Shown in pieces: positions 1-7,384 of a DNA stretch of 54,969 nt. The stretch is taken from contig CAXEOX010000006.1 of the NCBI GenBank assembly GCA_963997925.1, forward strand, positions 1-54,969. Direction: 5' to 3'. The notes beneath the pieces were generated by a model that searched no databases, had not been told where the DNA came from, and was given only the letters and a program-made list of their open reading frames with translations. Origin of the DNA: an uncultured bacterium (GTDB lineage Bacteria; Chloroflexota; Dehalococcoidia; Lucifugimonadales; UBA3495). Both the position numbers and the translations under genes were made by a program. Every line of letters starts with the position of its first letter. The first letter of the stretch is position 1.

Positions 1-1
1 A

Positions 2-82
2 CAATGCGCATTACCTTCGGCTTTAGAACTTCTGGAACAGGGCGAGTCACTCGTAGAAATCAGCGATGCGAACCAGATTTGA
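2..82 (+). CDS. 3' end of a gene cut by the window edge (possibly PIN/DUF5615-like toxin)
   Basis: Frame 2 reads QCALPSALELLEQGESLVEISDANQI*. Its TGA (80-82) overlaps the TTG start of the DUF2283 gene (TTGA). The family guess comes from context only. Confidence 0.35.
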   Translation, partial: QCALPSALELLEQGESLVEISDANQI

Positions 83-273
83 AATTAGTTTATTTCCAAG
101 AAACAGATACGCTGCACATAGAATTCAAACCTGCGGACGTCGCAGAGACCCGGGATCTGGATGAAAACACCATCCTGGATCTGGACCGTAGCGGCAACAT
201 CTGCGCTTTGACTATCGAGCAAGCCAAAGACCGTACTGACATTCCCCAATTTTCTTACGAGCAAGTGAGCTAA
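79..273 (+). CDS. DUF2283 domain small protein (putative antitoxin)
   Basis: TTG start gives MKLVYFQETDTLHIEF...ILDLDRSGNICALTIE, matching the DUF2283 pattern YD.E.D.LYI.F...D.D..G.I.GIEI. Confidence 0.75.
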   Translation: MKLVYFQETDTLHIEFKPADVAETRDLDENTILDLDRSGNICALTIEQAKDRTDIPQFSYEQVS

Positions 274-375
274 CTGTAAAACCTGCTACCTTGCATAATC
301 CGGGCCTTTGTGTAAGATTATCTACAACCTACATTGATGGACTCGTCCAACATCGGCATTACATAAGGAGGGACT

Positions 376-945
376 ATGGCGGAGACTGTAACGGTTAGGG
401 ATATGCGTTTGGTGAATCCCCGGGGGACCGACCTTTCCTCTGGCGAGTTCCACCTGAACGACCGGCCCAGTGAACTCAGCGGCAAGACTCTGGGATTGCT
501 GGAGAACCACAAAGCCAACTCGGACAAAGTTCTTCAAGAAGTGGCTGAGATTCTCAAAGAGAAGTACGACCTTAAAGAGGTGATAATGCTGAGCAAGCAT
601 TCGGCCTCATTGCCCACCAAACCGGAAGTCGTCCAACAGCTTCTGGACAAGGTGGACGTATTAATCACCGGGATAGGTGATTGAGGGTCCTGCAGTTCGT
701 GCAGTGTGCACGACGGCATCGAGATGGAGCGCTTGGGGATTCCCACTGCGTCCATCATCACCCACGTTTTCCTACCCACCGCTAAGGCTATGACTCGCAT
801 GATGGGGGTTCCCGACTATGAGTTCGTGGTCGCCCAGCACCCGCTGTCCAGCCTGACCGACGAGGAATGCAAAGCTCGGGCCGCCGAGATTGCTCCTGAG
901 ATCGAGCGTATATTGGTGGGCAGCACCGCCAGGCAGGCGGTCTAA
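376..945 (+). CDS. UGSC-family selenoprotein (189 aa, Sec at TGA 682-684)
   Basis: ORFs 376-684 and 706-945 are in the same frame. The junction reads ITGIGD-TGA-GSCSSCSVHDG, the U-G-S-C family motif. SD AAGGAGG lies upstream and a SECIS-like hairpin at 697-713. Confidence 0.9.
697..713 (+). promoter_or_regulatory. SECIS-like hairpin (UGSC gene)
   Basis: TCGTGC-AGTGT-GCACGA, with the stem starting 13 nt after TGA. Confidence 0.75.
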
Positions 946-982
946 CTCCCTAACCCCGATCGTGGGGTACAATCAGGCGTCC

Positions 983-1012
983 AAAGGGGCGGCAGAAATG
1001 CCGCCCCTTTTT
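983..1012 (+). terminator. Rho-independent terminator (possibly bidirectional)
   Basis: AAAGGGGCGGCA-GAAA-TGCCGCCCCTTTTT. Confidence 0.9.
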
Positions 1013-1035
1013 CATTCAAATCAAATACGTTTGCA

Positions 1036-1091
1036 TTGAAGGCCAACTGGGCGTGTGGTACCATGAATCCGGTTTGTTACCAAATTCACGA
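1036..1091 (+). promoter_or_regulatory. Sigma70-type promoter with downstream Rex-like operator
   Basis: TTGAAG (1036-1041), 17-nt spacer, TACCAT (1059-1064) with TG extension. TTGTTAC-CAAA-TTCACGA (1074-1091) resembles the Rex consensus TTGTGAA-N4-TTCACAA. Confidence 0.5.
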
Positions 1092-1145
1092 AGTCCGAAA
1101 TTTGGTTCAAACTCCCCGATCAACCTTTGCTTGGGAGCCCCGTAA

Positions 1146-1619
1146 ATGGATGGGCTGAAACCGCGGATAGTCGATGCGATACACCGCCAGTCCCAGCCAA
1201 CTGTTACCGTACTTTCCACCCTTTTAGCCGTTCAGGATGAACTCGGTTTCCTTCCCAAGGAAGCCATCGAAGAGATCGCTGCATTCAACGGTTCGACTAT
1301 CAACGATGTTTGGGCCGTGGCGTCTTTCTATCCCAACTTCCGTTTCGAACCGCCCTGTCTACATAAGGTTGAAGTATGCTGGGGTGCTTCTTGCCATCTT
1401 GTCGGCGCCATGCCGGTGATCGAGGCGGCGCTGGAAGCCAGTGGGCTTGAGGCAGAAGGGGATACTTCCGACGGACGTTTGACCCTGCATTTCAATACTT
1501 GCCTGGGAGCTTGCGCCCAAGCCCCGGTCATGGCCGTCGACCATCGTTTGATTGGGCGTATTACTCCGGATTCCGCCAAGGTAAGAATCGCCACATTGTT
1601 GTCAGAACAGAATGCCTAA
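1146..1619 (+). CDS. nuoE: NADH dehydrogenase/diaphorase subunit NuoE/HoxE-like (2Fe-2S)
   Basis: VASFYPNF, CWGASC...CLGACAQAP thioredoxin-like 2Fe-2S motif. Confidence 0.9.
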   Translation: MDGLKPRIVDAIHRQSQPTVTVLSTLLAVQDELGFLPKEAIEEIAAFNGSTINDVWAVASFYPNFRFEPPCLHKVEVCWGASCHLVGAMPVIEAALEASGLEAEGDTSDGRLTLHFNTCLGACAQAPVMAVDHRLIGRITPDSAKVRIATLLSEQNA

Positions 1620-3345
1620 TTTCGAACAGATCGCTGAAGAAAGCCAGCGGCGTTGGGAAGAACTGACTGTTGGTGGCCAGCCGTGGATCAGAATTGGCAC
1701 GGCCCTGTGCGGTCAAGCCGCCGGATGCGACGACGTTATCGCAGCCATCGAAACTTCTCTGGAGCAGAACGGAGTTTCCGCCCAAGTGAGCCGGGTCGGA
1801 TGCTTGGGCCTTTGTTTCGCCGAACCTTTGGTGGACGTCCAGACTCCCGGTGGGGCAAGAGTCTTTTACGGGAACGTAACTCCAGAGACCGCCGCGGAGA
1901 TTGTGGCGAACCATGTTGCCGGGGGAAAGCCGGTGGCCCACCTTGCGTTGGGTTACCTGGCGGCTGATGGCTCTGATGGTGACGCAGACCCTGCGCTCAC
2001 CGGTATACCCGACCTGAACCAACACCCTATGCGAGTAATGGAGCACCGAGTGGTGCTGCGAAACGCCGGGACCATTGACCCCGGAGACATCCATCAGTAC
2101 ATCGCCAACGGTGGTTACCAGGCCTTGAACCGGGCCTTGACGGAGATGACTCAGGAAGAGGTTCTGGAAGAGGTGAAAACCTCGGGTCTACGTGGCAGGG
2201 GCGGCGCGGCTTTCCCGACTGGGGTGAAGTGGGGCTTCCTTGCCGGGTCTAGTGCACCGCAGAAATACATACTCTGTAACTGCGAAGAAGGAGACCCGGG
2301 AGCCTTCAACGACAAGGCGATTCTCGAAAGCGACCCTCAGACGTTGGTCGAAGGGATAATCCTGGCGGGGTTCGCCACAAACACCAGCTATGCCTATATC
2401 TTCGTTCGGCATGGACATGATGGACCCATCGACCGGGCTCGCGCCGCCATCGTCCAAGCCGAGGAAATGGGTTTCTTGGGCGAGGACATCCTCGGGTCCG
2501 ATTTCAGTTTCCATCTGGAAGTGGCTCTGACCGGCGACTCCTATGTGGCCGGAGAGGAGAGCGCCCTGATGGAGGCCATCGAGGGGAAAAGAGCGATGCC
2601 CCGATTCCGCCCACCTTTCCCCGCTGCGGTAGGTCTGTTCGGTAAGCCTAGCAACATCAATAACGTGAAAACTTTGGCCTCCGTACCGGAGATTATCGCC
2701 AGGGGAGGCGAGTGGTTCGCTGGCATCGGCCACGACACTAGCACTGGGACCGTCATCATTTGTCTTTCCGGAGATCTGAGATATACGGGCATGATTGAAG
2801 TCCCCCTGGGGGTCAATCTGAAAGATGTGCTGTACCAGGCCGCCGGAGGTGTTCCGAACGGAAAAGCGCTGAAGTTTGTGCAAACCGGTGGACCGTTGGG
2901 TGGAGTGCTGGGCGCTGATAACATCGACGTCGTGTTGGACTTTGATATTCTGAGAACCGCCGGCGCTATCCTGGGCTCCGGTGGCGTCATCGCCGCCGAT
3001 GAAGACAACTGCGTAGTGGACCTGACCAGAGCATTGATTGCCTTCTGCCAGTACGAGTCCTGCGGCAAATGCTTCCCCTGCCGTATGGGGATGAGCCATC
3101 TGTTAGAAGTTTTGGAGAGAATCTGCCGTCTGGAAGGCATTCCAGCCGACCTGGACCTGATGCGCAAAGTGGGGCAAGACATGCAGGCAGGCTCTCTTTG
3201 CGGGCATGGCCAACTCGGCTTCAATCCCGTTTCGTCCGCCCTGCGTTACTTCGGCGACGAGTTCGACACTCATATCCTGGACCGACGGTGCCCCACGGGA
3301 GTATGCGCGGAACCCAGGTTCTCGCCGGCCCTGACCCGCCGGTAA
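1612..3345 (+). CDS. nuoF: NuoF/HoxF-like FMN/NADH-binding subunit with N-terminal 2Fe-2S thioredoxin-like domain
   Basis: GLRGRGGAAFPTGVKW, CNCEEGDPG, YVAGEESAL, ESCGKCFPCR...LCGHG. Confidence 0.92.
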   Translation: MPNFEQIAEESQRRWEELTVGGQPWIRIGTALCGQAAGCDDVIAAIETSLEQNGVSAQVSRVGCLGLCFAEPLVDVQTPGGARVFYGNVTPETAAEIVANHVAGGKPVAHLALGYLAADGSDGDADPALTGIPDLNQHPMRVMEHRVVLRNAGTIDPGDIHQYIANGGYQALNRALTEMTQEEVLEEVKTSGLRGRGGAAFPTGVKWGFLAGSSAPQKYILCNCEEGDPGAFNDKAILESDPQTLVEGIILAGFATNTSYAYIFVRHGHDGPIDRARAAIVQAEEMGFLGEDILGSDFSFHLEVALTGDSYVAGEESALMEAIEGKRAMPRFRPPFPAAVGLFGKPSNINNVKTLASVPEIIARGGEWFAGIGHDTSTGTVIICLSGDLRYTGMIEVPLGVNLKDVLYQAAGGVPNGKALKFVQTGGPLGGVLGADNIDVVLDFDILRTAGAILGSGGVIAADEDNCVVDLTRALIAFCQYESCGKCFPCRMGMSHLLEVLERICRLEGIPADLDLMRKVGQDMQAGSLCGHGQLGFNPVSSALRYFGDEFDTHILDRRCPTGVCAEPRFSPALTRR

Positions 3346-3350
3346 AATTT

Positions 3351-3442
3351 GCCACAGAGACACAGAGCAACGGAGATAGAAGATTGAAATCCGTCAGCGA
3401 GGAAATCTTTTCCAGTTCTCCGTGTCTCCGTAACTCTGTGGC
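3351..3442. repeat. Imperfect inverted repeat built from CACAGAG(A) units
   Basis: GCCACAGAGACACAGAGCAACGGAGA (3351-3376) matches the reverse complement of 3417-3442 at 21/26 positions. Confidence 0.75.
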
Positions 3443-3465
3443 CAAAATCCATCGGAGCGATATCC

Positions 3466-6306
3466 ATGGCCGATGACATAACTATCTCCATCGATGGAGT
3501 AGAGATAACTACCCAGCCGGGGAAGATGATTCTGGAGGCGGCGATAGAGGCCGGAGTGTATATCCCTTACCTCTGCTACCATCCCGGTATGAAGCCCTTT
3601 GCGGCCTGCCGGATGTGTGTGGTTGGCGTGGAAGGGGGCCGAGGCTTCCCCGCCGCTTGTGTCCAACCGGTGGCCGACGGGATGAAAGTCCGCAGCGAGG
3701 CCCCCGACGTTCGGGAACTGCGCCGGTCGGTGATGGAGATGCTCCTTGCCGAGCATCCAGACGGATGTCTTACCTGCCACCGTGTAGACATATGCGGACC
3801 GAATGACGTTTGCCTCCGCCACGTGTCGGTCAATGATCGGTGCGTGACCTGTCCCAAAAACGAACGGTGCGAACTCAAGGACACTGTTCGATACCTGGGC
3901 ATGAACCTGGAATCTCCCCTTCAGTACAAATACCGCCAGATTCCATTGGAAGTCGCCGATCCCTTCTACGATAGGGACTACAACCTGTGCATCGTCTGTG
4001 GCCGGTGCGTCCGGGCTTGCGAGGAATTGCGAGGTGACGACGCGATCTGCTTCACGGAGCGGGGCGGCTCTGCCCTGGTTGGCACGTCGTTCGGTACGTC
4101 TCTTCTGGAGTCGGGATGTGAGTTTTGCGGCGCGTGCATCGACGTTTGCCCGGTGGGCGCCTTGGTGGAAAGGGACCACAAGTGGGAGAAAGCGGTCAAG
4201 GTCGAGCGCACCATCTGTCCCCATTGTCCAGTCGGCTGCCAACTCAATCTGGAGATTAACTCGGCAGGCCGATTCATCCGGGCCGTTCCCGACCTCAACT
4301 CGCCCTCGAACCGGGGTCAGGCATGTTTCAAAGGGAAATTCGGCCTGGAATACGTCAATAGCGGCGACCGGTTGCGGAGGCCCTTGATCCGCCGTGACGG
4401 GGAATTGGAGGAGGCCACCTGGGAGGAAGCCCTGGATCTGATATCAACCAGATTGGCCGGATACACTGGCGGCAATTTCGCCATGCTTACGTCTCCTCAA
4501 AGCACCAACGAAGAACATTACCTGGCCCAGAAATTCGCCCGGGTAGTGATGAACACCAACAACGTGGACCAGACATCCAACGTACAACCCGAGTTGGTTT
4601 CTGCGCTGGAAAACGCCTTAGGCTACGCCGCAGCAACCAACTCTATCTGGGACTTGGAGCAATCCGGTTGCATACTGGTGTTCAACTCCAATGTCACTGA
4701 AGAACATAACGTGGTTGGCGTGCCGATAAAGAAGGCTGCCAAACGTGACACCGATCTGGTAGTCATCGACCCGCGGGAAGTGGAGTTGACCCGCTACGCC
4801 GATGTCTGGCTAAGGCCGGTGCCCGGCACGGAACTGCTCCTTCTGGGCGGAGTTCTCCGGTCATTGATCGACCAGGGATTGGAAAAACTCGAATGGATGG
4901 AAGAGAACTGTGAGAGTCCGTCGACGCTCCGGTACGCCCTGCATAACTTGGATATGGACCAGGTTGTCCAGGTAACTCAGGTCTCTCTTGATGACATCGC
5001 AAAGGCTGCCCGCCTTTACGGACAGGCCGAGTCGTCCTCGGTGGTCTATGCTCTGGACAATGTCGCGTCCGATATAAGGCGGGATTGCGTTCGCGCTTTG
5101 ATTGACTTGGTTCTAGTGACCGGAAATCTGGGCAAGCCCGGATCCGGCATCTATCCCATGAGGCAAGGAGCCAACGAGCAGGGCGCTTGGGACGTAGGTT
5201 GCCTACCGGGACGGCTCCCCGGCTACGTCTCGGTCAGAGACGAAGATGCTCGTAAACCATTCGAAGAAGCCTGGGGCATCAGCTTGCCATCCAACCCTGG
5301 CCTTGGGCTGACCGGAACCATCCAAGGGGCTACGGACGGACGTATCAATGCAATGATGGTGATTGGCGACAGCGCTAATTTCACCAATGGAAGGCTGGGC
5401 GACGCCCTGGCAGCCCTGAAAACTCTGGACTTCCTGGTAGTTCAGGATACCTTCCTGAGCCAGGTGACTGAACTGGCTGATGTAGTCTTGCCCAGAGTTA
5501 CTTTCGCTGAGAAAGAGGGCACATTCACCAACTTGGAACGCCGGGTGCAGCGGCTGACACCTTCGATGCAAGTGAAGAACAACGACTCCCGTCCCGAGAG
5601 CTGGGTGATTTGCGAATTGGCCCGCAGGATGGGTGCCTCCGGGTTCGACCACCATTCCCCGGATCAGGTTATGGCCGAGATAGCTGGATTGAGCCCTATA
5701 TATGCCGGAATCTCTTACCAGCGCCTGGAAGAGGAAAGCCGTCTGGTGCTCAGAACTAATCTGGAGAGCCCCCAGCCGACTCAGGTACTCCACGCCAGCA
5801 GGGAGTATCGAGGCATACAGTGGCCCTGTAAGGAGCCCGGCGCTCCCGGCACGGCGACACTCTACGTTGAGGGTTTCCAAGAACGGAAAGCCGACCCCGC
5901 CACTCCCGAATTCCGGGTTACTGAGACACCAGAAGATTCCGAGCATCCATCGGTTCTGGTTCCGGGCCGGGTGTTGCAGCAGAATCGCCGGGATATGGAA
6001 ATCATCAAAGGTAAAAGAAACCGTATTCAAAGGCAGGAGTTGGTGGAGTTGAACTCCGCCGATGCCGCCGCTTGGGCCATCGTTGAAGGAGATGAAGTGG
6101 AGGTACACACCCAGGGAGGCAACCTGACGGGGCAGGCCCGGGTGGTTGATTCTGTCCCGACTGGTGTGGTTTCCGTCACTTCGTTGTTTGGACAGTTAGC
6201 GGTGGACCTACAGGACAGTCAAGACCCTGACCCGGCGTCGAAAGTGCCGGGATTAGATATTCGCCCTGCCAGGGTAGTCAAGGCCGGAGCCAATGGTTCT
6301 GGCTAG
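3466..6306 (+). CDS. NuoG/formate dehydrogenase alpha-like multi-Fe-S molybdopterin-fold protein
   Basis: N-terminal CYHP..ACRMC, His/Cys cluster motif, 2x CxxCxxC ferredoxin motifs, TICPHCPVGC...ACFKG, then molybdopterin oxidoreductase domains. Confidence 0.88.
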   Translation: MADDITISIDGVEITTQPGKMILEAAIEAGVYIPYLCYHPGMKPFAACRMCVVGVEGGRGFPAACVQPVADGMKVRSEAPDVRELRRSVMEMLLAEHPDGCLTCHRVDICGPNDVCLRHVSVNDRCVTCPKNERCELKDTVRYLGMNLESPLQYKYRQIPLEVADPFYDRDYNLCIVCGRCVRACEELRGDDAICFTERGGSALVGTSFGTSLLESGCEFCGACIDVCPVGALVERDHKWEKAVKVERTICPHCPVGCQLNLEINSAGRFIRAVPDLNSPSNRGQACFKGKFGLEYVNSGDRLRRPLIRRDGELEEATWEEALDLISTRLAGYTGGNFAMLTSPQSTNEEHYLAQKFARVVMNTNNVDQTSNVQPELVSALENALGYAAATNSIWDLEQSGCILVFNSNVTEEHNVVGVPIKKAAKRDTDLVVIDPREVELTRYADVWLRPVPGTELLLLGGVLRSLIDQGLEKLEWMEENCESPSTLRYALHNLDMDQVVQVTQVSLDDIAKAARLYGQAESSSVVYALDNVASDIRRDCVRALIDLVLVTGNLGKPGSGIYPMRQGANEQGAWDVGCLPGRLPGYVSVRDEDARKPFEEAWGISLPSNPGLGLTGTIQGATDGRINAMMVIGDSANFTNGRLGDALAALKTLDFLVVQDTFLSQVTELADVVLPRVTFAEKEGTFTNLERRVQRLTPSMQVKNNDSRPESWVICELARRMGASGFDHHSPDQVMAEIAGLSPIYAGISYQRLEEESRLVLRTNLESPQPTQVLHASREYRGIQWPCKEPGAPGTATLYVEGFQERKADPATPEFRVTETPEDSEHPSVLVPGRVLQQNRRDMEIIKGKRNRIQRQELVELNSADAAAWAIVEGDEVEVHTQGGNLTGQARVVDSVPTGVVSVTSLFGQLAVDLQDSQDPDPASKVPGLDIRPARVVKAGANGSG

Positions 6307-6453
6307 CCGGTCCGGAATGAGGTTTAGACGTTCCGTGTTGAATAAAATGATTTAACTACCCGTTTGGCCCCCGCATTCGGCGCTATCTACCTTAGGGTAC
6401 ACTGTAGAGGCGGCGGGTAATCTAACTGTCCGCAACGATGAAAGGAGTTCTTA

Positions 6454-7221
6454 ATGGTAAGTCAGACAAGCGGAGGAAGCGCTCAATCACCCAGAGTGAG
6501 GGCGGTCCCCAATCTACCCAAAGCGACACTGGTGGAACGTAGGGATATCACAGACGACCTGTTCGTAATCAAACTTGAACCGGAGCAAGGTCCACTTAAT
6601 TTCAAGCCGGGACAATACTGCACCCTTGGACTGGAAGGCATCGAGCGGGCGTATTCCATCGTATCCTCTCCCCACGAGACATTGCTGGAGATATTCGTGG
6701 AGTTGGTTCTCGAGGGCGAACTCACGCCCCGGATGCACCGGATGAATATCGGCGACCAGATGACCATTCGACCCCGTGCCAAGGGTCTCTTCGTCTTGAA
6801 TCAGAAGGTGCATCATCACTTCATGGTCTCCACCGTCACAGGCGTGGCCCCCTCTGTCAGCATGATTCGTAAATATATCAACGACGGCCTTGGCGATCAC
6901 AAGTTCTACGTCCTGATGGGAGCCAGCTATCACGACGAATTCGTCTACGACAAGGAACTGGCCGAGTACGCAGCCAAGTACCCGGAGCATATCCATTTCA
7001 TTCCCACGGTTAGCCGTCCCAATGAAGACAAGAACGCCAATTGGGAAGGAGCCAAGGGCCGGGCGAATGCGATAGCCGAGGAGTATCTGGAAAAGTACAA
7101 TCTACCCAAAGACGACACCATGGTCTACGCCTGCGGTCATCCGGGTATGATTTCTGACGTTAAGGACAGGGTAACTGCCAAGGGGTGGCAATTCATAGAA
7201 GAGCGGTTCTGGAAAGAGTAA
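6454..7221 (+). CDS. Ferredoxin--NADP+ reductase family
   Basis: FKPGQY, RAYSIVS, TVTGVAP, YACGHPGMI, ERFW C-terminus. SD AAGGAG. Confidence 0.88.
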   Translation: MVSQTSGGSAQSPRVRAVPNLPKATLVERRDITDDLFVIKLEPEQGPLNFKPGQYCTLGLEGIERAYSIVSSPHETLLEIFVELVLEGELTPRMHRMNIGDQMTIRPRAKGLFVLNQKVHHHFMVSTVTGVAPSVSMIRKYINDGLGDHKFYVLMGASYHDEFVYDKELAEYAAKYPEHIHFIPTVSRPNEDKNANWEGAKGRANAIAEEYLEKYNLPKDDTMVYACGHPGMISDVKDRVTAKGWQFIEERFWKE

Positions 7222-7255
7222 CTGGCCGCTTGAGACAACTTTTTCAGTCTTATAC

Positions 7256-7285
7256 AACCGGGGGCCGTAAAGCTCCCGGTTTTTT
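7256..7285 (+). terminator. Rho-independent terminator
   Basis: AACCGGGGGC-CGTAAA-GCTCCCGGTT followed by a T run. Confidence 0.8.
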
Positions 7286-7384
7286 GATCCCGGATCGAAC
7301 CTGCCATCATTGCGGTTTTTCGGTATCTATGGAACCGGGGGTGGGGTAGAATGGCTGGAGTAAACCGCTGGGCACGGGTGGATA

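Noticed and set aside
2188-6108. Long antisense ORFs (e.g. 2188-3099, 3394-4242, 5203-6108) and similar ones elsewhere
   Set aside because: Shadow ORFs of well-conserved genes in GC-rich DNA, with no recognisable motifs.
3466-6306. Selenocysteine formate dehydrogenase
   Set aside because: No in-frame TGA, and no Cys/Sec-His at the active-site position.
6338-6357. Imperfect palindrome GTTGAAT-N6-ATTTAAC upstream of the FNR gene
   Set aside because: AT-rich, single instance and not assignable to a regulator. Too weak to call.
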